Source: a virus
Lineage: Duplodnaviria > Caudoviricetes
Reading direction: 5' to 3' (one strand)
IMG/VR virus record: IMGVR_UViG_3300021368_000002
DNA length: 64,000 bases
Shown: in pieces, positions 53,523-63,998 of the stretch
Layout of the letters: each line of letters begins with the position of its first letter
How positions within the stretch are numbered: position 1 is the first letter of the stretch
The notes under the pieces: model-generated
Seen by the model: the letters and a program-made list of their open reading frames with translations, nothing else
The model's database searches: none
Told to the model about the DNA's origin: nothing
Position numbers and translations under genes: made by a program

Positions 53523-56500
53523 TTAGAAAGTACCTTCGTCAATTACGTCTGTCCAAACAGGCGTTCCGTTTGAATCTGTAGTTAAAATCTCGTTTGAAGT
53601 TGTAGCATCGCTTGTTCCAGCTGCTGCTGTTACTTGGACTGCACTTGTTCCATTACCATAAAGTATACCTTTTGCTGTAAATGAACTTACTCCTGTACCG
53701 CCGTGTTCAACTGCTAGATCACCGGTTGTAACAATACTGTTTACTGTTAAGTCTTGTGCGTATATGTTGTTAAATTCTGCATCACCAGCTGTTCCACTAA
53801 ACACTTCAGAAGTATTTGTTGAATCTGGTTTGAATGTAAATCTACCAGTAGACTCGTCAAATCCGAAGAATCCTAATTTCGCTGCTGTTCCGTTATGCCA
53901 ACGGAACTCAATACCTTTATCCTTAGCATCATTTACTGTAGGAGCAGTGTTGCCACCTAGTGTAAACACAGGATCATCAATAGTAACTGTTGTACTATCT
54001 ACAGTAGTTGTTGTGCCTTGTACAGTTAAGTTACCTGCAATAGTTACTGTTCCGCCGCTGCCTGCTGTATCAGGATCTATTGTAATTGCACCAGTTGTTG
54101 AACCAATTGTACCGCCATTAATATTAATATCATCGATATTTGCTTCGCCGGTAACATCTAATGTGCCTACTAGTGTTAAAGTGTTACTTGCAAATGTTAG
54201 ATTGCTATCATCTACAAGTCTTCCGTCAACACCTGCAAATGTAATTCTGCTTTGTGTTAAATCTTCAACTTTTGCTTGAGCAAGTGTAGCAAGTCCGTCA
54301 ACATCTATTGTTGTTGATACTGTAACATCTCCTGTAACTGCTAAAGTTGTACCATCAAATGTTAAGTTACCACTATCTTCTATTTCACCAGCTGTGCCTG
54401 CTAGTACAACTCTACCTGCTGTTAAGTCACTTATTTTAGCACTTGACATAGTTGTTGCTGCTAATGTACTTGCACCAGTAACTCCGAATGTTCCTGATAT
54501 AGCAGCATCGCCTGTTATGTTTGTGCTGTCTTGTAATTCAATTGTTCCTGCGCCATTTGTTCTTAATTCAAGATCAGTTGCACTTACAGTAGTTTGTATA
54601 ACGTTTGTATCAATTAAAATATCACCAACATCTACTCTATTTGAATATGTAGTATCATTATACATATCCATCATAGTTGATGTGCCTGGCATATGCACCA
54701 TTATACCGTTATCGTGTGTGCTAACTGTTGCATAGCCTAAGTAAATTGAACTACCGTTTAGATATAGATCGTTCCAGCGTAAATCGCTTGTTCCTAAATC
54801 GTATGTGTTAGTTGCACTAGGAACAATGTTACTATCAACTCTACCACCAAATGTAATTGTTTGAGCTGTTGTTGCACCTAAATCAACATTACCATTAATT
54901 TGTGTATTACCTGTAATTGTTGCTGCTGCGTCAACTGTTAACAAAGAACTTGCAAAAGTTAATTGTGCGCTATCTTCGATAGTACCGCCTGTTCCAGCTA
55001 GTACTACTCTGCCAGCTGTTAGATTTGTAATATCTATGCCTGGGAATGTTGCACTTGATCCTGCACTTACTTGTGGTACAGTAAGAGTAGTTCCATCAAA
55101 TGTAAAGTTTGCACTATCAGTAAGAGAACCATTTGTGCCAGCAAATGTTACTCTACCTGCTGTTAGATCTGAAACAGTTGCACTTGCAAGAGTTGCTTCA
55201 CCGGTTACACCTAATGTTCCGCCAACTGCTGTGTTTCCGTTTGCACTTGTAACTGTAAATGCGTTTGACCCTACAACAAATGTTGTTCCATCGTAGGTTA
55301 AGTTTGCACTTCCTTCAAGCTCACCATTAGTACCAGGTACAACAATTTGATTGCTTGTTAGGTCTTCAACATTTAAACTTGCTAAGGTTGCTTGTCCATT
55401 AACATCAAATGTGCCGCTTACAGTAGCATCTCCAGTTATATTTGTACTGTCAATTAATTCAATAGTGCCAGTACCTGCTACTGTCAATTCTAAGTTTGCA
55501 TTACTTGCTGTTGTTCTAATTTGATTTCCGCTGATTGTTATATCATCTAATTCAATAGTATTTGAACCTAATATAGTACCACCAACTGTTAGCGCACCTG
55601 CGATACTAAAGTCGCCTGTTACGCCGCCTATGTTGATATCATTTCCTGGCTTAAATGAATCTGACTTTGCTTCATATATTAAAACTTGTCCGTCAATAAT
55701 ATTAGTTGTGTCAACATCAACTAAATCGTTTATTTCAGGTGTTACATTTTCAAATGCTGTACCCAATGTACCTGCAAATGTGTAAGCAGCTCTATCCGGA
55801 GTAACATAGTTTGTTGCACCATAACGAGCAGCAGTTGTAACTCTAAAGTCATCAATGTTACCATTTACATATCCTGCACTGCCATTAGTACCATCATTAC
55901 CACCGATATTCCAATCCGTAGCAGTAAGATCTGTTGCATAAGTTGCACTTGTGCTTAGAGTTCCGTTAATATGTCTATAAAGTGTACCATTGTCTCTTGT
56001 AAAACTTACGTAATACCATGTGTTCGGAGTCAATGAAGTAGCAGTCATTATGTTACCTGTAGAGTCTGTAACTGCTAAACTTCCGCTTATTTGAAACTCT
56101 GTAGCATCATTTGCAGAGTAAATATAACCTTGTACACTGCTATCATGATAGATCCAAAAATCAATAGTAAAGTCACTTGTACCAATTGCTGTTCTAGTTA
56201 CGCTAAGGTAGTCGTCTGTACCGTCTAATAGTAAACTACCTGTACCAAACTTTTTAGTTGCTTGTGTAATTTGTGCATCACCATTTGCAGTAATTGTTCC
56301 TGCTACAGTACTTTCGTCTAAGAACGATGTGCTGGCTTCTGATCCGTTTGCTGGAATCAATAACAGTGTATTTGCATACTCAACATCACCAAATGATCCA
56401 CCGTAACGTAGATATTGCCCCGGTTTAATATCAGCAATAGTAACATCACCAATTCCGTCTACACTTGCCGCTGCTAAGTCAGTTGTAAAATCTGCTGTTT

Positions 56501-59500
56501 TGTATGTTGTTACACTAAATTCACCGCTTGTACTGTTGTATGATAAATCGCCTGCTGCACTTAATGCAGATCTTGCTCTTGCATCTGTAAAGTATAAATT
56601 TGTAGATCCTTCACTTAGTGCATCTGTATCATGATTTGAAATATCACTTACTGTTCCTGTTACATTTCCTGTTACATTTCCTACTAAGTTAGTTGCAAGC
56701 GACTTGTTCATTGCCCAACGATCGTTTGTACTATCATATGTAAATGTAGCAGTGCCGTCTGTACCTAGATCAGCAGTAATACCTGCACCATTTGCAGCAG
56801 TAGCATCTGCACTGCCGTTTGCAATAGTAATGTTTATATCGTCAACAACTAGTTCTGTAGAATTTACAGTTGTAGTTGTACCACTAACTGTTAAGTTTCC
56901 AGTAACAGTTAAGTTACCTGCTGCACTAATATTAGTTGCTGTAATATCGTCTGAGTTAAGAGATCCATTTACTGTAACATCATTAAATGTAACATTATCA
57001 GTTGTACCTACAGCTTGGCCAATACTTATTTCACCATTACTTATAGAAACACCAGTTCCTGCACTTAGATCATTTAAAGTAACAAAATTTGTTACAGTGT
57101 TATCAAAACCTATTTCGCCAGTTGTATTATTGTAAGTTATACCAGTTGTAGTATCTGCGCTAATTAGTCCTCGTACTTCAGCATCTGTACGTTCTGTAAA
57201 GCTAACAATACCAGTATTAGCATCATATGCTAGATCACCACCTGCACTAATATGAGCTCTTACTTCTGCTGCACTTGGTCCGGTATATGTAAACGCACCA
57301 GTTGCACTGTCGTAAGTCATGCTACCGTCGCCGCCAGCATCTGTAAGCGATATTGCGCTTCTTGCTCTTGTATTTGTGAAGTAGATGTTAGTTGAGCCTT
57401 CAGATAAATCATCACTAGTTTTGTTTCCAAAATCAGTGTTAAAATCTGCTGTTTTGTATGTTGTTACACTAAATTCGCCTGTTGCTTGTGTATAAGTTAA
57501 GTCTCCGCTTGCGCTAAAATGTGCTCTAACTTCAGTTGAGCTAGGCCCTGTATATGTAAACGCACCAGTTGCACTATCATACGTCATGCTGCCGTCACCA
57601 CCAGCATCAGTTAAACTAATTGCACTTCTTACTCTTGTGTCAGTGTAATATAAATTTGTAGAACCTTCTGATAAATCATCTGTTGTATGATTGCTTATGT
57701 CTGATACTGTTCCTGTAACATTTCCTGAAAGTGTAGCATAAACTGTACCAAACTGTGCATCACCTAAATCTCCAGTGAATACTTCTGAAGTATTAGTTGC
57801 ATTTGGAATAAAGCTAAAACGTCCTGTGCCTTCATCAAGTCCAAAGAACCCAGTCTTTGCTGCTGTATCCCACCATAAGAATTCAATACCCCTGTCTTTG
57901 CCGTCACTTGAACTTAGTCCACTTACTCCAACTCTTAATACCGGATCTTCAGTTGTTGTAACTGTAGATTCAACAGTTGTTGTAGTACCTTGTACTGTAA
58001 GATTACCTGCAACAGTCAATCCGTTGCTTATAGTTACATCATCAATATATGCATTTGCAAAATATTTTGTTGTGCTACCTAGATCAATTGCACTGTCAGC
58101 GTTTGGTACTAGATTACCTAACAGTGTTGCATTACTGAAATTAACTGTATCGCTTGCGGCATCATTGCCAATCACAACATTACCGTTTAGTGTTGTTACA
58201 CCACTTACAGTTAGTGTTCCTGTGATATCTGTGTTTGTTAAATTACTGTCACCGGTAACATTTAAAACACCGCCTATTGTGGCTTGGCCACTTGTTTCAA
58301 ACGGGCTACCTACTACACTTACAGAACCAGTTCCTGCTGCACGTAGTTCCAAATCAGTGTTTGTATTATATGTTTCGATAATATTATCATCTATGCGTAT
58401 TTGATCTGTTTCAATAATTGCAGAACTAATTGTACCACTTGCATTAATGTCTACACCACTTAGTGTTGCATATGTTAAAGTTCCACCTGCTGTAATGTTA
58501 CCTGTAACAACTAAGTTACGACCAATTGTTGCATCTTGTGTAACTGTTAAATTATTGCCAATAGTAACATCGTCAGTAAGAGCTACTGTAAATGCATTAT
58601 CACTTACTGTTACACCTATTTCGTTTGCTGTTCCGTTTACAGTTAATGTTTCGGTAAGTAAATCAATTGTTGTTGAATTTGTACCGTCAGTAATATCTAA
58701 TGTCTCTACAAGAGCAGCAGTTGATGCTGCTGTTACTCTACCATAAACATCAATTGTTAGTACCGGTATTGCAGTTGCACTACCATATGTACCGCTTGGA
58801 TCAGCGCCTAGTGCGTCTAAAGCAAATGTTACTTCGTTGTTTGAAACTGTACTTGCAAGTCCTGTGCCACCTGTAAATGTAAGTGTTTCACCGCCTGCTA
58901 CTGTATCAGTTGTTGATCCGTCAGTAATATCAAAACTTGTTGCAATAGCTTGTGTTGTGACTGCTGTTACACGCCCTTGTGCATCAACTGTAATAACAGG
59001 TACTGCTGTATTAGACCCGTATGATGCTGCTGTAACTCCAGTTGCTGGTAGGCTTAGTACAGGTGTACTTCCTTCACCAGTTCCTCCTGTCACAGTAATA
59101 TGTCCAGATGTTGCACTAATTGATTCTACATAATCGCCTGTAGTATCTGTACCTAGTGTTAGCGATCCTGGATTGAAAACAGTGTTAAATTGTACATCGC
59201 CAGTTCCGTCAAAAGTTATGCCGGTTGCAGTAACATCTCCTACCATACTAAACGTTCTAGCAGTTGCTAATGCAGTTGCAGTATCAGCATTTCCTGTTAA
59301 ATTACCAGTAACATCTCCTGTTACATTTCCTGTAAAAGTAGCATCTGTTCCATCAGTGCCGCTTTCTAGTACTTTATTAGTTCCGTCTGCTGCATATATG
59401 TCGCCAATGATATTACCAGTTAGATAGTTTGTTCCGATACTTAACGACTTATTAAATTCGATACGTTGATTTGCATGGCTCCATGTCATCGACGCATCGC

Positions 59501-62500
59501 CGTTTGTACCTAAATCAATAGTAAGTCCTGCACCGTTTGCAGTAGAACTATCTGTTGTTCCTTTAGCAACAGTTATGTTTACATCGTCAACATCTAGTGT
59601 TGTGCTGTTAATTGTTGTAGTTGCACCGTTAACTGTTAAGTTACCTGTAATTACAACATTACCACTTGCTGTAACAGTTGTTGCTGTAATATCATCAGTG
59701 TTAAGTGTTCCACTTACATTAACATTATTAAATGTAACATCGTCTGTTGTACCAACAGACTGTCCAATTGATATTGTAGGAGTAGCAGCTTCGCCTGTGT
59801 TATTTGTAATTGTTACACCTGTGCCAGCTACTAATGATTCTACATAATCACCTGTAGTATCTGTTCCTAATTCTAATGCTCCCGGGTTGAAAACTGTAGT
59901 AAGCTCTACGTTTCCTGTTCCGTCAAATGTTACACCAGTTGCTGTAATATCGCCTGTTAAGCTAAACGTTCTTGCGGTTTCTAGTGCAGTTGCAGTATCT
60001 GCATTACCTGTTAAATCACCTGTTACGTTACCAGTAAATGTTGCAGGAGTTGTTGTACCATCTCCGCCATCAAGTACTTTAGTTGTGCCGTTACTTGCAA
60101 ATACATCCCCTGTTAAGTTACCAACAACGTTACCAACAACGTTACCTGTTACATTACCTGTTACGTTTCCTGTAAGTGCTCCTGTAATTCCGTTAGATGC
60201 TGCAAGTGTTGTAAAGGAACCAGCAGCAGGTGTAGTACCACCTATTATAGTTCCATCTATTGCACCACCATTTATGTCTACAGTTGTGAAAGTACTTGTA
60301 CCGGTTGAAGTGATATTACCTGTTACATTACCTGTTACGTTTCCTGTAACATCACCTGTTAATGCGCCTGTAAATGTAGCGTCAGTGCCATCTGTACCGT
60401 TTTGAACAACAATACTTGTTCCGTCGGCTGCTAATACATCACCTATAAGATTACCTGTTACGTTACCTGTTACGTTACCAGTAGTATTACCTGTTAAGTT
60501 ACCTTCAAATGTTGCTGCTTTTACGGTTTGATAAACAGGCGTACCAGCTGTATCTACAAATTCAAACTTGTCGTCAGTTTCATTCCACTGTATAACAACA
60601 TCAACTAGTGATCCTCTGTTTATTAATAATCCTGCATCTTGTGTAGGTGCAGTTCCTGATCCTAAGTTACTGTTTAGTTCTATTATATTGTCTGCCAATT
60701 TAATAGTTTCAGTATTAACAGTTGTAGTTGTGCCGTTGACTGTAAGGTCGCCTGTGATTATGACGTTTCCACTTGCTGTAACTGTTGTTGCTGTTAAATC
60801 ATCAGTGCTTAATGTTCCACCAACAGTAACATTGTTAAATTCAACATCGTCTGTAGTACCAACAGCCTGTCCGATTTCTATAGTTGCAGTTGAGCCTTCG
60901 CTAGGTGTATGTGTAATTGTAACACCTGTTCCTGCTGTTAAATCTACAAGATAATTTCCAGTAGTATCCGTTCCAAGTGCTACACTATTTGGTTGAATAG
61001 TGGTTGCTAAGTTAAAGTTTGCACTACCGTCAAAACTTGCTGTACCTTGAACATCTCCAGTGAGGTTGATGCTTCTAGCTGTTGCCCATTTACTTGCTTC
61101 TGATGCAAGTCCTGTAAACACAGCATCAGTGCCATCTGTACCATTTTCTAATATTTTTGTACCGTCATCTGCATATATGTCGCCTGTAATATCACCTGAT
61201 ATTGTTGCTGTGACTATATTGTTAATTGCGTCAACAAGTAATGTGCTATCGTCACCAAATACACTACCTTTGAGGTCACCTACTACACTACCAGTTACAT
61301 TACCGGTTAAGTCTCCAGTTACATTACCAGTTACATTACCAGTGACGTTACCTGTTACGTTACCAGTGACACTACCAGTAAATGAAGCATCAGTACCGTC
61401 AGTTCCAGCATCAAGAACTGTTGTCCCAGTAGGTGCTTTTACATCTGCTTTAATAAATGCATCTGTTCCATCAGTACCGTTATCTAGTATAGTTTGTCCG
61501 CCACTTGATTTAACATCACCTTGCAAATTACCTATAAACAAAGTAGTTGTTAGTTCGTTGCCTAAAGGATTATATGTAAGTCCTGTGTCAGTTTCTATAC
61601 CTTGAGCACCACTTACACCGTCTACAAAAGTAAGATATACTGTTTCATTTGTAGCATTGTTTGCAGTAGCAGTTATTTCAGTTGCTAGGCTTGCTGTTCC
61701 TGTTAAATCAGCAGTAATTGTGCCAGCAGCAAAGTTACCGCTTGCATCTCTAAATACTGTTGTGCTGCCTGTATTAGATGCTGTTGCGTCAGAAGTAATT
61801 GTATATTGTGTTCCTTCGCCAGCTGTACCTGTGATTGTTAAACCATTGCCGCTTACACTAACATCTTGTGCATAGTTTCCTGTTGTATCTGTACCAAGTG
61901 CTACACTATCTGGTTGTATTGTAAGTGCAATATTCCCTACGTCTGCACTTCCGTCAATACTAAATGTGCCGGTTACATCACCACCTGCAAATGTTACTGA
62001 TCTTGCTGTTGCCCAGTTTGCTGCGGTTCCGCTAACGTTACCTGTTACATTACCAGTAAGGTTTGCATAAACCATTCCAAATTCTGCATCACCTCTAGTT
62101 CCTGTGAAGTTTTCACTAGTATTTGTCGCATCAGGTATAAAAGTAAATCTGTTAGTTGCGTTATCCCATCCAAAGAATCCAGTTTTAGCAGCTATGCCTG
62201 TATGGTAAAGGAATTCACTACCTCTGTCTTTACCATCGTTAGATGTAAGTGAACTTACACCTAATCTAATAACAGGATCTTCTAAAGTAACAACAGTTGT
62301 ATCAACAGTTGTAGTAGATCCACTTACAGTTAAATTACCTGTAACTGTTAAATCGTTTCCTACAGTTAAGTTTGTATTAACATTTACACTATTAGGTAAT
62401 CCAATTTTAACTTGATTGTTCGAAACTGTTGCTTCAATTTCGTTTGTTGTACCTGCAAAAGTTAGTGTGTCTGTTAATAGGTTAACAGTATCAGTATTTG

Positions 62501-63998
62501 GAGTGCCTTGATCATCTGAAATATTAAGAACTGTTGCAACATTTGTTTCGCTGGCAGCAGTAATTCTACCATAATCGTCAACTGTAAAAGATGGTATTGC
62601 AGTAGCACTTCCGTATGAACCAGCTGTTACAGCAGTTGTGCTTAAATCAACTGTAGCTGCTGCTGTTTCTGTTCCACTGTTTGCTACAACAATATTTCCA
62701 TTACCTGCGTCTGCTAATGTAGCAATATAGTTTCCAGTTGTATCTGTACCAAGTGCTACACTATTTGCTTGAATAGTAGCAGTTATAGTTACATCACTTG
62801 TACCATTAAATGTTGTTGTACCACCTAAATCTCCAGCTAGTGTTATCGATCTAGCAGTTTGTAATGCAGTTGCAGTATCTGCGTTTCCGGTTAATGCACC
62901 TGTAAATGTAGTTGCTGTAACATCAGTTGCTGTAATAGCTCTGATAAAACCTTCTGACCATCTAAAAGTAGCACTACCTAAGTCTCTAGCATTATCTGTA
63001 GTTGGTAGTAAATTTGAATTAATTTTAGAATTTACTGTAAGAACATCAGTATCTGCATCGCCTATTGTTACTGCGCCAGTAATAGATAACGCAGGTGCTG
63101 TTATTGTTCCTTGAGCTAAAGTTAACCCTGTAGATTCAAATCTTGCAACCTCTGTATTACTAATTTCAAATACAGTAGCATTGCCTGCATCTAATACAAT
63201 ATTAGTAACACTTTCAATAGTAGGTGTGCCTGTGCCGTCACTTATAAAACTTTCTGCTGTAACAGTTCCATTAACTTCAAATGTTGTTCCGTCAAATGTT
63301 ACATCTGTGCTTGTGGTTAGTTCTCCGTCTGTTGATGCTATCACAATACCTTCAGCAGTTAGATTACTTACTTTTAATCCTGTAACAGTTGCATCACTAA
63401 GGATATCAATTATTCCTGCACCTGATGCTAGTAATTCTACATTTGCGTCACTATTAATAGTTTCTATTCTATTACCGTTTATAGCAATTTGATCAAGTAT
63501 TAAATTACCGTTAGGATCGATTACAACAGTATCATTAATAGTTGTAGAACCGCCACCACCGCCAATATTTGTATTACCGCCATCGCCTGCACCAACGTTA
63601 AGATCATCGCCTTCACCTGTTGAAATATCTGTGCCACCGTCGCCACCACCTATTGTAATTCCGCCAAATGATGAACCGTCAGATGAGGCAGGTCCAAATG
63701 CTCCTGTATATACAGCACCTACAACATAAATTGATTTACCTGTTGTAACATTGCTAGGTAGGTTATCACCGATAAAGTGTACAGTACCTGCTTGATAGTC
63801 GAAGAACCATTCATCACTGTCTCCTGCACCAACAGCAAATAACTGTGTACCTGTGCTTGTTGGATCTGCTGCGTTTGCATTATCAACATAAACTTTTACA
63901 TTATATGTTGCACCAAATTCTGTTGGGATCCAATCAGTATATCCTGTTAGCCAAGTTCTTCTTGGTTGTGCTGTTCCGTCCTCTGTACACTCAACTGC
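53523..63998 (-). CDS. 5'-truncated giant tail fibre (>3490 aa) with LamG/ConA-like domain
   Basis: I translated 63998-63345 by hand and found no stop (AVECTEDGTAQPRRTWLTG...EWFFDYQAGTVHF...), so the gene starts beyond the window. LamG-like KFGTGSLLLDG.DDYL..DFTIDFWIY..WYYVSFTR..G.IDDFRVT at ~55760-56400; ends VIDEGTF. Confidence 0.8.
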   Translation of the reverse strand, partial: AVECTEDGTAQPRRTWLTGYTDWIPTEFGATYNVKVYVDNANAADPTSTGTQLFAVGAGDSDEWFFDYQAGTVHFIGDNLPSNVTTGKSIYVVGAVYTGAFGPASSDGSSFGGITIGGGDGGTDISTGEGDDLNVGAGDGGNTNIGGGGGSTTINDTVVIDPNGNLILDQIAINGNRIETINSDANVELLASGAGIIDILSDATVTGLKVSNLTAEGIVIASTDGELTTSTDVTFDGTTFEVNGTVTAESFISDGTGTPTIESVTNIVLDAGNATVFEISNTEVARFESTGLTLAQGTITAPALSITGAVTIGDADTDVLTVNSKINSNLLPTTDNARDLGSATFRWSEGFIRAITATDVTATTFTGALTGNADTATALQTARSITLAGDLGGTTTFNGTSDVTITATIQANSVALGTDTTGNYIATLADAGNGNIVVANSGTETAAATVDLSTTAVTAGSYGSATAIPSFTVDDYGRITAASETNVATVLNISDDQGTPNTDTVNLLTDTLTFAGTTNEIEATVSNNQVKIGLPNSVNVNTNLTVGNDLTVTGNLTVSGSTTTVDTTVVTLEDPVIRLGVSSLTSNDGKDRGSEFLYHTGIAAKTGFFGWDNATNRFTFIPDATNTSENFTGTRGDAEFGMVYANLTGNVTGNVSGTAANWATARSVTFAGGDVTGTFSIDGSADVGNIALTIQPDSVALGTDTTGNYAQDVSVSGNGLTITGTAGEGTQYTITSDATASNTGSTTVFRDASGNFAAGTITADLTGTASLATEITATANNATNETVYLTFVDGVSGAQGIETDTGLTYNPLGNELTTTLFIGNLQGDVKSSGGQTILDNGTDGTDAFIKADVKAPTGTTVLDAGTDGTDASFTGSVTGNVTGNVTGNVTGNVTGDLTGNVTGSVVGDLKGSVFGDDSTLLVDAINNIVTATISGDITGDIYADDGTKILENGTDGTDAVFTGLASEASKWATARSINLTGDVQGTASFDGSANFNLATTIQPNSVALGTDTTGNYLVDLTAGTGVTITHTPSEGSTATIEIGQAVGTTDDVEFNNVTVGGTLSTDDLTATTVTASGNVIITGDLTVNGTTTTVNTETIKLADNIIELNSNLGSGTAPTQDAGLLINRGSLVDVVIQWNETDDKFEFVDTAGTPVYQTVKAATFEGNLTGNTTGNVTGNVTGNLIGDVLAADGTSIVVQNGTDGTDATFTGALTGDVTGNVTGNVTGNITSTGTSTFTTVDINGGAIDGTIIGGTTPAAGSFTTLAASNGITGALTGNVTGNVTGNVVGNVVGNLTGDVFASNGTTKVLDGGDGTTTPATFTGNVTGDLTGNADTATALETARTFSLTGDITATGVTFDGTGNVELTTVFNPGALELGTDTTGDYVESLVAGTGVTITNNTGEAATPTISIGQSVGTTDDVTFNNVNVSGTLNTDDITATTVTASGNVVITGNLTVNGATTTINSTTLDVDDVNITVAKGTTDSSTANGAGLTIDLGTNGDASMTWSHANQRIEFNKSLSIGTNYLTGNIIGDIYAADGTNKVLESGTDGTDATFTGNVTGDVTGNLTGNADTATALATARTFSMVGDVTATGITFDGTGDVQFNTVFNPGSLTLGTDTTGDYVESISATSGHITVTGGTGEGSTPVLSLPATGVTAASYGSNTAVPVITVDAQGRVTAVTTQAIATSFDITDGSTTDTVAGGETLTFTGGTGLASTVSNNEVTFALDALGADPSGTYGSATAIPVLTIDVYGRVTAASTAALVETLDITDGTNSTTIDLLTETLTVNGTANEIGVTVSDNAFTVALTDDVTIGNNLTVTQDATIGRNLVVTGNITAGGTLTYATLSGVDINASGTISSAIIETDQIRIDDNIIETYNTNTDLELRAAGTGSVSVVGSPFETSGQATIGGVLNVTGDSNLTNTDITGTLTVSGVTTLNGNVVIGNDAASDTVNFSNATLLGNLVPNADSAIDLGSTTKYFANAYIDDVTISNGLTVAGNLTVQGTTTTVESTVTTTEDPVLRVGVSGLSSSDGKDRGIEFLWWDTAAKTGFFGLDEGTGRFSFIPNATNTSEVFTGDLGDAQFGTVYATLSGNVTGTVSDISNHTTDDLSEGSTNLYYTDTRVRSAISLTDAGGDGSMTYDSATGAFTYTGPSSTEVRAHFSASGDLTYTQATGEFSVTTYKTADFNTDFGNKTSDDLSEGSTNIYFTNTRARSAISLTDAGGDGSMTYDSATGAFTYTGPSAAEVRAHISAGGDLAYDANTGIVSFTERTDAEVRGLISADTTTGITYNNTTGEIGFDNTVTNFVTLNDLSAGTGVSISNGEISIGQAVGTTDNVTFNDVTVNGSLNSDDITATNISAAGNLTVTGNLTVSGTTTTVNSTELVVDDINITIANGSADATAANGAGITADLGTDGTATFTYDSTNDRWAMNKSLATNLVGNVTGNVTGTVSDISNHDTDALSEGSTNLYFTDARARSALSAAGDLSYNSTSGEFSVTTYKTADFTTDLAAASVDGIGDVTIADIKPGQYLRYGGSFGDVEYANTLLLIPANGSEASTSFLDESTVAGTITANGDAQITQATKKFGTGSLLLDGTDDYLSVTRTAIGTSDFTIDFWIYHDSSVQGYIYSANDATEFQISGSLAVTDSTGNIMTATSLTPNTWYYVSFTRDNGTLYRHINGTLSTSATYATDLTATDWNIGGNDGTNGSAGYVNGNIDDFRVTTAARYGATNYVTPDRAAYTFAGTLGTAFENVTPEINDLVDVDTTNIIDGQVLIYEAKSDSFKPGNDINIGGVTGDFSIAGALTVGGTILGSNTIELDDITISGNQIRTTASNANLELTVAGTGTIELIDSTNITGDATVSGTFDVNGQATLASLNVEDLTSNQIVVPGTNGELEGSANLTYDGTTFVVGSNAFTVTSANGNTAVGGTLGVTGEATLASATVSDLTAGRVTFAGTNGSLTDSANFTFDGTTLTVPQVSAGSSATFPGIDITNLTAGRVVLAGTGGTIEDSAQLTFASSLLTVDAAATITGNTQINGNVDLGATTAQTITFGGRVDSNIVPSATNTYDLGTSDLRWNDLYLNGSSIYLGYATVSTHDNGIMVHMPGTSTMMDMYNDTTYSNRVDVGDILIDTNVIQTTVSATDLELRTNGAGTIELQDSTNITGDAAISGTFGVTGASTLAATTMSSAKISDLTAGRVVLAGTAGEIEDSGNLTFDGTTLAVTGDVTVSTTIDVDGLATLAQAKVEDLTQSRITFAGVDGRLVDDSNLTFASNTLTLVGTLDVTGEANIDDININGGTIGSTTGAITIDPDTAGSGGTVTIAGNLTVQGTTTTVDSTTVTIDDPVFTLGGNTAPTVNDAKDKGIEFRWHNGTAAKLGFFGFDESTGRFTFKPDSTNTSEVFSGTAGDAEFNNIYAQDLTVNSIVTTGDLAVEHGGTGVSSFTAKGILYGNGTSAVQVTAAAGTSDATTSNEILTTDSNGTPVWTDVIDEGTF
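61270..61380 (-). repeat. 12-nt tandem repeats encoding (GNVT)n; further runs at ~46370-46460, 56650-56690, 60100-60190, 60310-60370, 60440-60500
   Basis: Imperfect acc(t/a)gt(t/g)ac(a/g)tt tandem units with synonymous variation, in frame within fibre genes. Confidence 0.85.

Noticed and set aside
46370-61380. 12-nt and ~75-nt tandem repeats resembling a CRISPR array or VNTR locus
   Set aside because: They are in frame within fibre genes, vary at synonymous positions, have no unique spacers, and no cas genes are present.
27-63344. ORF-track starts at 27, 3359, 36015, 40020 and 63344
   Set aside because: 27 and 63344 are internal codons of frames open to the window edges. The others extend into upstream genes, while downstream ATGs (3371, 35976, 40002) have better SD, coupling or family-typical N-termini.
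6625-63492. Dozens of 60-210 aa + strand ORFs (and short alternative-frame ORFs) in the track, many Val/Pro/Ser-rich
   Set aside because: They lie wholly antisense to or inside long motif-bearing genes and are the expected shadow of Thr/Gly/Asn-rich codons. None has a recognisable SD, promoter or domain.
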